Shown: positions 43,845 through 54,973 of the stretch, piece by piece
How positions within the stretch are numbered: the stretch's first letter is position 1
How the letters are laid out: the number at the start of each line of letters is the position of its first letter
Sequence record: NC_027356.1
DNA: 64,000 nt
Source: Escherichia phage DT57C
Strand: one strand, 5' to 3'
Notes under the pieces: model-generated
What the model was told of the DNA's origin: nothing
The model's database searches: none
What the model saw: only the letters and a program-made list of their open reading frames with translations
Program-made: the position numbers and the translations under genes

Positions 43845-45917
43845 TTACCTTATATGAATATATCCGTTTACTAGATCTATTTTCATCTTATATTGAGCTT
43901 CAGGATTTCCTGATAGTGCGGCAGCCCTATCATATATAGTATTAACACCTATTTGTGATAGAAAAGCATTTCCAGCTACTATTTTATCTGCTGTAATAGT
44001 ACCATTAACTATCATATTACCATGAAGTACCATAGCTGGGTTAACCCAACCAGAACCGTTCCATTGTCTAGTAAACGCTGTTCCAGGTGCATCGCTTTTA
44101 TACTCAGTCAATACATCATACTTAACAGGGGCACTACTGAAGTTAGATGTAAAGAAAGAATTAGCTTGTCCATCGTCCCAACCACCTAAACCTGCTATAC
44201 CTACGGAATACATCCCAGGACCACGTTGCCCATCATGTCCGATAGTACCTTCAGTACCACTCCACTGAACTACATCTGACCAGCTAGTACCCTCTAATAA
44301 TCTATTAGTAACTGGATCAAGTGTACCCGTAGTCGCATAGATATTTTGTGTCATATCTGTGCGGTTAGGTGGAGTTTTTGACCAACCCGGAGGCGGATAA
44401 TCTTGCTCTAGTGGTTTTGCTGGAAGTGAGGTTGCTAACTTATAAACAAATACTGTTTGCTTACCTTGCATACCAGTACCCAGATCTACATCGCCATTAG
44501 GAGTTCCAATAACTACTCCACTAGAAATACGTAGCACATCACCATCATAACGAATCCACTGTGTGGCATTACCAATGTCTAATTTAGCTTTGGCAGAGGT
44601 ATTATCCATACCCATCCAAATACCTGAGTTATTATCCCCCCAAGATTTACCCTGAGTGTAAATTGCCGGATTATCCTCACCAGATAAGTTAGTCATGATA
44701 AAGTTCGCAGCATTAATATCTCTAGTAATTACTTTACCATCAACGTTAACAACACGGTTTATAGGGTCAAAAGAAATGGGTGCTTTTCCTTCTTCATCTA
44801 GCAGACCAATGTTAATAGCACCAGTAGCTGCGTCGATTAAGAATGTCTGTTTCCAGATTTCTCCCTCTTTCATGCTGCCCTTAATAAAGGCATAATTAAC
44901 ATCAATACCCGTCTCATTGACAAAACTGTTGTCTAGAGGAGTATCTTCATTCAATATAAATGTTGCAGGAGCTGATTCTGTTATATCTTGCCTATTTGGT
45001 CCCCAGGCAATTGATGATACCTTAAAAGTATGCTCAACTTTCCATGGGAATGATATAATCGTTGCAGCCCTAGCAGCCCCAACGTTTATCTTTTGAGCTT
45101 TAGCCCAACCAGTCCTAGCATATTCTTCAGAGTTTATATAAGTAACCAGAAATTCACGGACGTTAGCACCCGCCCCACGTTCCCAGTCCCATTCTATTCT
45201 AGCATCATAACGTTCCTTACCATCTGCAATTCGTGCAGCTTTAAAGGCAATGTTAGTAGGTGCAGTAGGCGGTACGAAATTATAAGCTACAGTGAAAACG
45301 CTAGGATATTCATAATAACCAGATGAGTCAACTGTAACACCATCTGGCATCGTAACTTGGCCAGATATTCTGATCTTATAGTCACCAACAGGAACACCAC
45401 CAAATTTGATAGTAGGTCCCAGTGCGCCTATATAATATTTAACCCATTCACTATCTTCTGATGCAGTACTTTTTAATTCAATAGTGCAGTAACTAGCTTC
45501 ACCAGTTGTCTCTACAACAACTATGGGAGCACCAACACCAACGTCAACGGGTTCTGATTCAGATCTTGCTGCAACAATTATTGGCTTTTCCTTTGTTCTA
45601 AAGTTAGTTTCATTAGAGAGGTTGATACCAATCTTAGCTTCCAGTAACTCTGAGTCAATAATTGAGTCATAGAAAGCCCCCTGAATCTCATAGGAGGTAG
45701 AGGGGGTTAGATTATTAATCATTACGAAGAAAGTATCTACACCGGTGTAATCACGTCTATCTATACTTTCTTCTACTTTTAACCAAAAAGATCTACCAAT
45801 AACATCATAATCAGTATAAATGGAGTGCTGGACATAAGCCAAAGTATATCCAGTCATTATACTATTTAAGACCATTTTGGCTGGTGCATTATTTGAAATC
45901 ATTAAATGGATGCCCAC
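43845..45917 (-). CDS. baseplate / central fibre protein (pb4-like)
   Basis: 690 aa, position and size in the tail module; beta-rich. Confidence 0.55.
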   Translation of the reverse strand: MGIHLMISNNAPAKMVLNSIMTGYTLAYVQHSIYTDYDVIGRSFWLKVEESIDRRDYTGVDTFFVMINNLTPSTSYEIQGAFYDSIIDSELLEAKIGINLSNETNFRTKEKPIIVAARSESEPVDVGVGAPIVVVETTGEASYCTIELKSTASEDSEWVKYYIGALGPTIKFGGVPVGDYKIRISGQVTMPDGVTVDSSGYYEYPSVFTVAYNFVPPTAPTNIAFKAARIADGKERYDARIEWDWERGAGANVREFLVTYINSEEYARTGWAKAQKINVGAARAATIISFPWKVEHTFKVSSIAWGPNRQDITESAPATFILNEDTPLDNSFVNETGIDVNYAFIKGSMKEGEIWKQTFLIDAATGAINIGLLDEEGKAPISFDPINRVVNVDGKVITRDINAANFIMTNLSGEDNPAIYTQGKSWGDNNSGIWMGMDNTSAKAKLDIGNATQWIRYDGDVLRISSGVVIGTPNGDVDLGTGMQGKQTVFVYKLATSLPAKPLEQDYPPPGWSKTPPNRTDMTQNIYATTGTLDPVTNRLLEGTSWSDVVQWSGTEGTIGHDGQRGPGMYSVGIAGLGGWDDGQANSFFTSNFSSAPVKYDVLTEYKSDAPGTAFTRQWNGSGWVNPAMVLHGNMIVNGTITADKIVAGNAFLSQIGVNTIYDRAAALSGNPEAQYKMKIDLVNGYIHIR

Positions 45918-48751
45918 TCCACAGACTGTTCTCCATCATCCCCTTCAGCTCTAATACGAAAATACAATTTTCTATTTATACCTAGAGCATCACTGTTCTG
46001 GAGAGCAAAGTCTGCCTTATTATATGTTAATAAATAGTCATAAGTATACTGATTTTCAATACGTACACTTCTTAACATCCTATTTTGTGGATCGTGTATT
46101 TCAAGGGTATAAAATATACTCTCTATTATATCTTCTTCAGGTATTCTATCCCAGGCTAGTTTCACATCTGGGCCAACAAACTCAGTTACATCTCCAGAGG
46201 CAGTATTAGTTACCCTAAAATTAGATACTACACTAAGGTTTTTAGCGGAGTTAAGTTCTATGGACAGAGTCACCGGAGAACTTCTTCTACCGTTAATATC
46301 TACTGCCCTTATCTCAAATATAGCCAGACCTGCTGGTTCCCCAATTATTTCTTGGATCATACGTTCGTTAGGGTTGGTCTCTAACTGTTGTACTATGTAA
46401 GGTTCGGCATGGCCTGAGTGCACAATAGAGTAGTAAACTACATTATTGGTTAGACTCGGAAGCCAGGATAACTCACCATTTTTACCTATAGAGCCTACTA
46501 AACCGCCAGGAGTAGGAGTATATTTAAAGTCTCTAGGAGGAAGGACATTATTACTAATATCGGGGATATCATTACCGCTATTATCAACCTGCCCAGAGTT
46601 GATGAATACATCTTCTCCATACTCCTGTAAGGTAACATTTATCTTACCTTCTCTAGAGTTTTCCACTTCGTCTACTAGGAAGTACTTCCTATCCCACCCA
46701 TAACGGTCATATGTGAATGCAATAGCATCGTTAGGTTCAATACCAATGAATTGATACGGCAATGAGAAAGAAAGTGTTCTTGAGTATCTGGATTTCTTAA
46801 GTTCTCTATCAGCAAAACTTCTTGCAGTATAGTAATTAGTAATATTAGCAAACGATAGTTGTAATTTTTTATCTAGGTTCTTGTCCTGTTCCTTATAATT
46901 GGAGTTATAGAATGTAATGGAATTAGTTTTCCAGCTAAGGGCTGGATCTACTATAGATGCTTGAACTGAGTTGAATTTATTTCTACCAGTAGTATCTGAT
47001 AGCTCCAAATCGCCATAAGTATCTAGAAAATTAATCTCTAACGGAGTATTAGAGTATTTTTCTACAGTAACCCTATACTGGCCAGATAAGTTGTTAATAG
47101 CCCCACCATAGGACTCTAATAAACCTTGCACATTTTTAAATACTGATTCAGATGTATCCAGAATAGTATTCATTTGTACTATTTGTCTATTTTCCGCTAA
47201 TGGATTAGTCCACCCAACGTATCTCCAATATGGCTGCCAAGATACCTGATAGGATTCATCTATAATATCTAAAATAGCTGCTTCCTGTATTAATTGCTGA
47301 AGGGGGAACTGATCAATGGTAATATTAGCGCCGTATCTATCAGAGGTTAAGTAATCAAGTGTTTGCCAAATACCATTTAAACTAGTACTATTAGCAGTTA
47401 CTCTACCATCAGAATGATAGACTTTTACTTTTTTACCTTGAATTTCAGCACTAACTTCTGGAATCTCAGTTCTGTTTTCATTAATAGTAAAACGCACTAC
47501 GGCATAAGCAGTATCTAGTAGCTTATATCTAGCATCCCAGTATTCAGGCCCATTGCCATTCATATTTTGAAGATAGAACCCGCGGTTTCTAGCGATGTTC
47601 ACTAGCACATCAGAGGCTGTTTGATTAGACTTTCCGTGGTAAGTCCAGATCCTTATATCACCATTTCCATCATTATACCTATACTCTTGACCATGAACGG
47701 ATGGACTACTAGAGGAAATTCCAGATGCTATCCGCTGCATGGTATCTCCTACTATTTTTTTAGTACCGAAGCAGGTTCTAGCGGAGCTATCATTAGCGTC
47801 TACACAGATCATAGGATTATCACCGAAGGAGAAATCAAGAAAACCATCAATCTCCCCCTCAGCAAAGGCGTATACGACATAAACTATGTTGGGATTATGT
47901 AGTTCTGTATCAGCAAAAATAGGTATTCCAGGAATTTTTTGAACTCCATAAACTACTGGTATATATTTAGCAGCAAGGTTAAAATCTATATCTACTTCCT
48001 TAGTAACAGTTTCATAATACTTTTTAAGGCTGTAGCTTCTAGATAAGCCAAATAATTTTTTCTTTGATTTTAGCTTGTATCTTTCTTCTTGAACCTGATA
48101 CTTTGCTAGTATAGATATACTTTTATTAGCATGAAAGAACCCATAGTCTTCTTGGTACTCAAGTCTTTTAGCACCGTTAGATGGTAATAGCTGTCCCGCT
48201 ACAACTTCAAGCCCCCTATGAGAAGCGTCATCAGTATATCTACCATTAACTCTATCAAAGTCATAGAATTGGTTAGAACAATTCCAGGTAATTGTAGAGG
48301 TTCCTACTCCAGAGGTACTAATGTTATCTTTAATACCCCCTCCAGTAATCCTCCCCCTAAAGTATAGTAAAGGACCATTTGTATCTGGGTCTACTGGCAG
48401 AATAGAACCATCTTCAGTAATAATTGCTTGATGAATTGATACGGTTCTATCTAAGAAGGATACACCATTTTGTACTAGTTTTAGTACTTCATCTTGTGCT
48501 GTACCAGTAATAGTAAAAGATAGACTGCCAATAGATAAATCTCTGTTTTGTTTATGCGGGCTAATAGACTTAACTTTACCTGCCTGGTATAGGATGCCAT
48601 TATATATTACATCCCTAAAATAATCAGTTAAATAAATAAAAGCAGTACTAGTACCAGTAGAGCCAGGTAACTCTAGGGAAATTAGACTAGCAGTTTTTAT
48701 TCTGCTATTATTTTTTAAGTAGTTTCTAGCACTATCTAGTATTTGTTTCAT
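45902..48751 (-). CDS. baseplate hub protein (pb3-like)
   Basis: 949 aa, downstream of the Dit-like gene. Confidence 0.55.
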   Translation of the reverse strand: MKQILDSARNYLKNNSRIKTASLISLELPGSTGTSTAFIYLTDYFRDVIYNGILYQAGKVKSISPHKQNRDLSIGSLSFTITGTAQDEVLKLVQNGVSFLDRTVSIHQAIITEDGSILPVDPDTNGPLLYFRGRITGGGIKDNISTSGVGTSTITWNCSNQFYDFDRVNGRYTDDASHRGLEVVAGQLLPSNGAKRLEYQEDYGFFHANKSISILAKYQVQEERYKLKSKKKLFGLSRSYSLKKYYETVTKEVDIDFNLAAKYIPVVYGVQKIPGIPIFADTELHNPNIVYVVYAFAEGEIDGFLDFSFGDNPMICVDANDSSARTCFGTKKIVGDTMQRIASGISSSSPSVHGQEYRYNDGNGDIRIWTYHGKSNQTASDVLVNIARNRGFYLQNMNGNGPEYWDARYKLLDTAYAVVRFTINENRTEIPEVSAEIQGKKVKVYHSDGRVTANSTSLNGIWQTLDYLTSDRYGANITIDQFPLQQLIQEAAILDIIDESYQVSWQPYWRYVGWTNPLAENRQIVQMNTILDTSESVFKNVQGLLESYGGAINNLSGQYRVTVEKYSNTPLEINFLDTYGDLELSDTTGRNKFNSVQASIVDPALSWKTNSITFYNSNYKEQDKNLDKKLQLSFANITNYYTARSFADRELKKSRYSRTLSFSLPYQFIGIEPNDAIAFTYDRYGWDRKYFLVDEVENSREGKINVTLQEYGEDVFINSGQVDNSGNDIPDISNNVLPPRDFKYTPTPGGLVGSIGKNGELSWLPSLTNNVVYYSIVHSGHAEPYIVQQLETNPNERMIQEIIGEPAGLAIFEIRAVDINGRRSSPVTLSIELNSAKNLSVVSNFRVTNTASGDVTEFVGPDVKLAWDRIPEEDIIESIFYTLEIHDPQNRMLRSVRIENQYTYDYLLTYNKADFALQNSDALGINRKLYFRIRAEGDDGEQSVEWASI

Positions 48752-49362
48752 AAACTTTCCCGTAAATTTAATGAGATGCCGGAATATGTTCCGTTATTAT
48801 TTAATGTAGATCCGAAAGCATCACCATTCATGAGTTTTGTTCTAAATAGTATCCCATTAAATACTGGTTTCTCAGCTCCAGTGGTGGTTATAAATAGGTC
48901 AGGGTATACGTTAATAGACCATGAATTGCCAGATCTATTAAATGATGTTATTTTATAAACTTTTGGGTGATTGGATAATTTAAATAAATCACCTGGTTTA
49001 GGGATACCAGTAAGAACACCTTGTGTATCCATAGTAATATTGGAACCTTTTTGTCCTGCTGGTATATTTACTAAGTTAGTATTGCCCCTAACCCTAAAAG
49101 CCTCATACTGAGGTAATATAACATCTATATAACCACCGGTCCTTTTGTACTCTAGAATAAAAGCATCTAGAACACTATATTCATCTGGAAATAGTTCTGG
49201 GTAGGAAATATTTATACCCCAGTATTGAGCAGATACCTTAACTTCGTTAACTTTACCATTAGGTAACTCATCACGAATTACTGGGTCATTATCAATCAGG
49301 TTAACACTTTCGAATCCTAATCCTGAAAGTTCTGGATTCGTGTATGGGTCTGGTAATCTCAT
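48748..49362 (-). CDS. distal tail protein (Dit, pb9-like)
   Basis: 204 aa, immediately after tape measure; GAGGAG RBS. Confidence 0.55.
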   Translation of the reverse strand: MRLPDPYTNPELSGLGFESVNLIDNDPVIRDELPNGKVNEVKVSAQYWGINISYPELFPDEYSVLDAFILEYKRTGGYIDVILPQYEAFRVRGNTNLVNIPAGQKGSNITMDTQGVLTGIPKPGDLFKLSNHPKVYKITSFNRSGNSWSINVYPDLFITTTGAEKPVFNGILFRTKLMNGDAFGSTLNNNGTYSGISLNLRESL

Positions 49363-49389
49363 AGTTAATTTCTCCTCTTAGATACAATT

Positions 49390-49418
49390 ATTATAATAGT
49401 ATTAGAAAATTTTATCAA
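49390..49418 (-). promoter_or_regulatory. sigma70-type promoter (TTGATA, 17 bp, TATAAT) upstream of the Dit-like gene
   Basis: Minus strand ttgata-17-tataat. Confidence 0.4.
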
Positions 49419-49427
49419 GAAATTTTT

Positions 49428-49466
49428 ATTTTTCCATAAAGAAAAGGAGGACTCAAAGTCCTCCTC
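49428..49466 (-). terminator. rho-independent terminator after tape measure gene
   Basis: Hairpin ggaggact-ttg-agtcctcc followed by U-run on the minus strand. Confidence 0.55.
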
Positions 49467-49471
49467 CAGTT

Positions 49472-52400
49472 TTAAGAATTTCCTAGTGTTTTTAGGCTAG
49501 CACCATTTTCATTCAGAGCTAATTCTACTGCATCCCTCAGAGCACCGCTATTACTAGAGGCGAACTCTCTAAAACTAGCAGCATCCATAGCACTAATATT
49601 CAGGATGATAGGTCTTCCTGCGGTTGAATTAGAGGAATTTTTTAACTCATCATTAGGTGTAGCTTTCATAGGAACCATAGGTGTAACTACTTCTGTACCG
49701 TGTTCTCCCATCTGATAGCTAACCCCTGGGTACATATTACCACCTTCGGCACGCGGAACAAAGGAGTTAGCATTACCAATACCTTTATCACCACGCACAT
49801 AAGATAGTTCTCCAGCATTAGCAGACATAGATACATCAATGTTCTTCTGACGCTCTCCAAGAGTTAAATAACTAGCGGTATCAGCTCCAGAATCCCCTAT
49901 ACTAGACATGCCAGAGGCAGAAGATGCTTGAGCAAGCGCTAAGGCACCTGCTAAACCTGCCGCTATCATCAGAGGAATAGAGAACGGGTATGGTACAGCT
50001 GTTGCTGCCTGCATAACTGCTACTGCGGTTTGGATGATAATCTGTTTCTTAGCTGCGTCTTGTTGAATCTTCAGCTTTTCAGCTTCCAGTTTCTTCAGTT
50101 TAGCTTTAGATGCCTCAGATTTACCATCACGTTTCTGTTCAGCGGCAATAGCCTGATCAATTGCACTAACCTGCTGACTAGTACTATACTGAATCATGGA
50201 AGCCACAGTCTGCATACCAACTGCAATAGTAGAAGTGGTATCTAGAGATCCCTGGGAGAACTGAATCATAGCATTGGCTAAGTTACCCATACTTTGTGCT
50301 ACCGCAGTTGCTTCGGAGTTTAGCTCGGACAGCTTAGAGATTGCTTGGTCATAAGAAGCCAATTGATTTCCCATATCTGCAAATTTCTTATCTTCTCCAG
50401 ATAACCCAGTAGTAGGGGTGTATACAGCACCTAAAGAAGATCCAACAGAAGATTGCATTTGAGCATTACGTTGTGCTGTTAAAGCAGACATTTGAGCCCT
50501 TGTCTTGGCTATTTCAGCATTCCAGCGCATCTGCTCATTAGCATTATCTTTAGTAAGCTCCTTCATCTGAGTATAAAAATCTAGCTGCATTTCCATTTTC
50601 TGCATTTCCCCAGCCAGAGGGAACATGGAAGTTAGTGTATTTTCAAAGGCTTCTTGCCTTTTGCTGGTCATTTCAGCTTGCTGATCTTGGTGGAATTTCC
50701 AGATTTCACGCTCTATCTGTGCTTGAGCACGCCTAGATTGTTCAGCCTCTTTTTGTTTATCTGCCTGTTTTGTGTACCACTCATATTTTTCCTTTTCAAT
50801 AGTCAGCTCTAGATTTAACTGCGCCAGACGATACTGAGTATCAGTCATAGTACGGTTATTCAAGAGAGCAATCTCACGATCAACACCAAGAATCTTATCT
50901 GTATAATCCTTGACCTTCTTCTGAGCTTCCATTCCCTGGTTAGTGAGTTTAATTTTCTCCAGCTGAATTTTTTCAATTTCTCTCTCAACAGCTTTATTCC
51001 CCTGGTTTGTTTGAAGAACACGGCGTAAAGCAGCTTCTTGCTCTTCTAACTGTTGGAGTTCTAAACGCCTACCAGCTTCCTGTGCCTTTTCTTTATCCTT
51101 AGTTTGATTATATACATCAGCTATCTTCTGTTGAACTGCTAACTGATTTTTAGTTTCATTACCAGTTAGTTTAACATACTCAGATAGAGCCTGAGATGCA
51201 GTTTTCATTTCAGACAGGGTGTTATAACCCAGGTTAAGGTTTTTAACATACTCATCGGCACTCTTACCAGTGCCTAAGGATAGAGATTCTATATTTTTTA
51301 TAGCATCTGCTAGTGTAGCACTAGTTTTAGCAGCGGTATCTGTATTCTGAGCAACGTTCTGTATATCATTAGCTAGGTCACTAGCAGTTTTCTTAGTCTG
51401 ATTATATGCTTTTTGTTGTTCAGTTAGTCCTTTTAATACAGTAGAGTTAAAATCGTATACAGCACCAGGATCAGTAGTATCCCTCTGTAGATTAATTTGT
51501 TTTTGGAATTCTGGATTAGCTTTTGCAGCAGCAGCACCTGCAGCTTGATAAGCTGACTTCCAAGCATTAAGGTTCTCGGTGGAATCAGTAACTTCTTTAT
51601 CCAAGCGTGCTACTTGTAGTCCCATAGCGGCAGTTTCTTCTACAAACTTTTTATTGGCTTCAGAAGCACCCGCGGTTGCAAGACCAGCAGGAATACCCTC
51701 ACCAACTTGACGTATAGCTAGTTTTGTATAGAAATCTGCTTGCTCCATTCGTTTATCAAATTCGGATTTTAGCTTATTACGCTTATCAAGAGATTCCTTA
51801 TACATATCTAAGGCTTTATTGTACCCCTCTTCAGAGGCAGATAGACTTAAAGCAACAGCACCAACGTTGGTAGGATCTATCTGTTTATTAGTTTGTTCTT
51901 GCGCCCTAGCTGCTTCAGCAGATATAGAAGCCTGAGAAGTATAAAATACTGTGTTGATAGCATCAATTACTGGCCCTAAGTACTTAGCAGCAGCTTGTTG
52001 TATTGTTCTTAGTGCAGCATCTGCGTTAGCAGCAAACTGCTCCCACGGAGTAGCGCGCAGAACTTCATCTAGATACCCAAAACGTTTAGTAGACTCTGCT
52101 ATAACAGCATTGGCATACGCTTGCTGTTTCTGGAAGGTAGTAAGGCTATTAATATTATATGTTATACCTGTGTTTGCAGCATTTAACTGTTTAACGTAAT
52201 CAGCATAAGCATCATTAAGACGGATAGTAACACCAAGTTCATCCAGAAGTTCGATTTCCTGTTTAGATACACCCTTAATTACACGGTTAAGTGCATCAGT
52301 CATATCAACGCCAAGAACAGCAGCAGCACGACGAGCTACTAGACCAAACTTATTAAGTTGTTCAGCATCAAAACCGTATGCAGAAGCAGAGGATGCTTGT

Positions 52401-53155
52401 CTCATAGCTTCTTCAAAGGAAATAGCGTACCCGGCTGCTTCTTGTAGTGATCTAGCAAGGGACTGAACAGGAGTACCTGTCTGAGTACCTACTATAACAC
52501 CAAATTCTTCTAGACGATTTAGCTGGTCACCTAGTTTAAGTTGTTCGAATGCAGATTGCAAAACGAAGATGTTAGAAGCAATAGCAGCGTACAGAAGAGG
52601 TAAACCACCACCAACTTTAGCCATTGCAGCAAAATCACGAGTTGCACCGCGTGCTGAACCAGAAGTATTACCAATAGCTCTAGAAGCTCTACCAGCGGCA
52701 CCAGCAGTATCATTAAAACCTCTAGCTGTACCACCTAAAACTCTATTGGTATCGTACAATCTATCTTGAACTTTCTCTGTCGCAGCTGCAACATCATTAC
52801 CCATTACTTTAACAGACCTAGATACTCCATCAAATCCAGCCTCTAGTTTGTCTGCTACTTCAATCATTGCAATAGATAGATCATCCAGCTTAGCACCTAT
52901 ACTATCAATAGATTTAGTGATACCAGCCATACCCCTACTAGCCTGCATTTTAGTAAGACTTTTTGCTGCTCTATCTGCTGCCCTCTCAATGGAGTATAGA
53001 GTTTTGGGCATTTTACCTAGCTGTTCATTTGTCAGTTCGGAAGCAGCAGCAGCATTTTCTAATGCATCAGATACGTTTTCAATAGACTTTGCAGTACGGG
53101 TTGCCCCCTTCTGTTTAACGTCTATTAGTAATTCTCGTATTAGCTTATCAGTCAT
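49472..53155 (-). CDS. tail tape measure protein (pb2-like)
   Basis: 1227 aa, long alpha-helical/coiled-coil, Ala/Gln-rich, hydrophobic segment near C-terminal third. Confidence 0.85.
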   Translation of the reverse strand: MTDKLIRELLIDVKQKGATRTAKSIENVSDALENAAAASELTNEQLGKMPKTLYSIERAADRAAKSLTKMQASRGMAGITKSIDSIGAKLDDLSIAMIEVADKLEAGFDGVSRSVKVMGNDVAAATEKVQDRLYDTNRVLGGTARGFNDTAGAAGRASRAIGNTSGSARGATRDFAAMAKVGGGLPLLYAAIASNIFVLQSAFEQLKLGDQLNRLEEFGVIVGTQTGTPVQSLARSLQEAAGYAISFEEAMRQASSASAYGFDAEQLNKFGLVARRAAAVLGVDMTDALNRVIKGVSKQEIELLDELGVTIRLNDAYADYVKQLNAANTGITYNINSLTTFQKQQAYANAVIAESTKRFGYLDEVLRATPWEQFAANADAALRTIQQAAAKYLGPVIDAINTVFYTSQASISAEAARAQEQTNKQIDPTNVGAVALSLSASEEGYNKALDMYKESLDKRNKLKSEFDKRMEQADFYTKLAIRQVGEGIPAGLATAGASEANKKFVEETAAMGLQVARLDKEVTDSTENLNAWKSAYQAAGAAAAKANPEFQKQINLQRDTTDPGAVYDFNSTVLKGLTEQQKAYNQTKKTASDLANDIQNVAQNTDTAAKTSATLADAIKNIESLSLGTGKSADEYVKNLNLGYNTLSEMKTASQALSEYVKLTGNETKNQLAVQQKIADVYNQTKDKEKAQEAGRRLELQQLEEQEAALRRVLQTNQGNKAVEREIEKIQLEKIKLTNQGMEAQKKVKDYTDKILGVDREIALLNNRTMTDTQYRLAQLNLELTIEKEKYEWYTKQADKQKEAEQSRRAQAQIEREIWKFHQDQQAEMTSKRQEAFENTLTSMFPLAGEMQKMEMQLDFYTQMKELTKDNANEQMRWNAEIAKTRAQMSALTAQRNAQMQSSVGSSLGAVYTPTTGLSGEDKKFADMGNQLASYDQAISKLSELNSEATAVAQSMGNLANAMIQFSQGSLDTTSTIAVGMQTVASMIQYSTSQQVSAIDQAIAAEQKRDGKSEASKAKLKKLEAEKLKIQQDAAKKQIIIQTAVAVMQAATAVPYPFSIPLMIAAGLAGALALAQASSASGMSSIGDSGADTASYLTLGERQKNIDVSMSANAGELSYVRGDKGIGNANSFVPRAEGGNMYPGVSYQMGEHGTEVVTPMVPMKATPNDELKNSSNSTAGRPIILNISAMDAASFREFASSNSGALRDAVELALNENGASLKTLGNS

Positions 53156-53164
53156 AATTTATTT

Positions 53165-53205
53165 TTCCCAATAAAAAAGGCTCTGGGCATATCACCCAGA
53201 GCCAA
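53165..53205 (-). terminator. rho-independent terminator immediately upstream of the tape measure start
   Basis: 9-bp stem ggctctggg-tgatatg-cccagagcc followed by UUUUUAUU on the minus strand. Confidence 0.5.
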
Positions 53206-53239
53206 GCCTCATCGTGGAACGCCCCATTGGAGGAAACTT

Positions 53240-53731
53240 TTACCGTGCTCGAGATTTGGCATGTGGCTTAACGTTAGGTATTCTACCGTTTTGCGGCTTA
53301 TGCTTCTCAGCACGTTTACGTGCAGCGTCTACAGCTTTAGCATCAAATATATTGATAATGTGTAGAACAAATTCTTTTTCTATAGGATCGGTAATCCCAT
53401 AAATATCGAATAAAACACCTAAAGCAGCTTTGTCTTTGCCTATAAATATAGGAAAGTCACCCGGTATGAAACAGTCAACTAGACTGTTATAGATATTCAT
53501 ACTAATAGCTACAATAGGTGGAAAGTCTTCAAGTTCAACAGGCATAGCCTTAGGATCAGGTTCTATACCCATTGACTCACAAAGTATTAAATATTGTTGT
53601 TTAGTCATTTTAGATGCTGAGCTTTTAATACACTTATCTGCAAAATCAGCAACAGCATCTAGTAGTTCTTTACGCTTTTGAGCTACGAAAAGTATCGAGG
53701 TGGAACACTGTCTGGTTGATCCAAGAATCAA
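53240..53731 (-). CDS. tail assembly chaperone, frameshift-extension ORF (T-like); probably not independently initiated
   Basis: +1-frame ORF overlapping the last ~60 nt of the upstream chaperone ORF; no RBS-associated start. Confidence 0.35.
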   Translation of the reverse strand: MILGSTRQCSTSILFVAQKRKELLDAVADFADKCIKSSASKMTKQQYLILCESMGIEPDPKAMPVELEDFPPIVAISMNIYNSLVDCFIPGDFPIFIGKDKAALGVLFDIYGITDPIEKEFVLHIINIFDAKAVDAARKRAEKHKPQNGRIPNVKPHAKSRAR

Positions 53732-54074
53732 ACGCAGCAGAGTTCTGCATAAGCATTACAGCATTATCACGACTAAAGGGAACTTCAGTAGTAGGATCAG
53801 CATCTGTTTCAATCAGCATCAGCTTTTCAACGTCGCCTACAGTCAAACCAGTCCAACCTTTAATTGCAGCATCAACGAAAGCTTCAATAAACTTATCGTC
53901 ATCCTGTACTTGAATTAGGGTACCATTAACCCATTCATCACGTTTGGCAGAAGAGATAACACGCTTAGAAGTAGCACGAGACATATAGTTAAGCTCTAGC
54001 TTAAAGTTTGGCATACCTGGGTATGAAAGAGTAACAGTACGGGTATCAAGAGTAATATCTTTTAAGTTAATCAT
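53670..54074 (-). CDS. tail assembly chaperone (G-like)
   Basis: 134 aa between tail tube and tape measure genes; ATG at 54074 with GGAG RBS. Confidence 0.5.
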   Translation of the reverse strand: MINLKDITLDTRTVTLSYPGMPNFKLELNYMSRATSKRVISSAKRDEWVNGTLIQVQDDDKFIEAFVDAAIKGWTGLTVGDVEKLMLIETDADPTTEVPFSRDNAVMLMQNSAAFDSWINQTVFHLDTFRSSKA

Positions 54075-54969
54075 TTTTAATTTCTCCAAAGAAATCTATT
54101 CTCACAGGGTCTGAAGAAGCAGTAGGTATAATATCCCACTCAACTTTATACACATCTGAGAAATTTAGGCGTTTTGAAATACGTGCTAAAGGAAAATCTA
54201 TAGAAATATTATTATTTCTTATATTTAAAGGTACATCGGTTTCTGGTTCAATATTGTAAACCATATCTCCAGCAAAACGTTTTAAGTAGTATAGGGAAAT
54301 GGTTGCTGAAGCATTCATTTCATTTACATAGGCTCTTTTATTATTATAGATTTTATTTATATCAAAAACACTCTTATCTTCTCTCCAGGAGCATTGCTGT
54401 TGAAAAGATAAAGAAGCGGAAATAAGACCAGGTAAAATGTTACCATTAGTAGAAACTATTACCGGGCTATAGGACATTGCTTCACCCTGTATAATAGAAG
54501 CTGCTTCTCTATATGTAGATACTTCGGAAAATTTCCCTGATTCGATACCAACGTTAAGAATTGGTATATTCTTATCCAAAGAAAAATCTACAGTAGATAC
54601 ATAGCAGTTCTCAAAATATACACAGTTATTATCTTTATTTACTATATAGATATTAAACATAATAGGTTCAATATTGTTACTATATAGTGGTAGTAAGAAA
54701 GTATTACCTTTTCTATCAAAACCTAGCCATTCAAAAAAGTTAGCTTCAGTAAGTGTATTACTAAAATTTATTGCTAGAGAGATAGAAGAAGGAGTTTGAG
54801 CATTTATAACAGAGTCTGCATAGTTAGTTCTACGATGAATAGTCCTACGAAGAGTCTTAAATTCTTCGTAGGAGGTTTGTACATCGTAGTTTGATAGGGC
54901 ATCAAAATGAAATGCCCTACCATCATACTCAACTATAACCTTTGACTCTCGCATTAGAGAGTAGTACAT
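54067..54969 (-). CDS. hypothetical tail protein (300 aa)
   Basis: ORF in the tail module with GGTGA RBS. Confidence 0.5.
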   Translation of the reverse strand: MYYSLMRESKVIVEYDGRAFHFDALSNYDVQTSYEEFKTLRRTIHRRTNYADSVINAQTPSSISLAINFSNTLTEANFFEWLGFDRKGNTFLLPLYSNNIEPIMFNIYIVNKDNNCVYFENCYVSTVDFSLDKNIPILNVGIESGKFSEVSTYREAASIIQGEAMSYSPVIVSTNGNILPGLISASLSFQQQCSWREDKSVFDINKIYNNKRAYVNEMNASATISLYYLKRFAGDMVYNIEPETDVPLNIRNNNISIDFPLARISKRLNFSDVYKVEWDIIPTASSDPVRIDFFGEIKND

Positions 54970-54973
54970 TTAT

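Noticed and set aside
52531-53174. Short ORFs on both strands inside the tape measure gene
   Set aside because: They are Leu/Val- or Ala/Pro-rich frames produced by the biased composition of the tape measure coding sequence.
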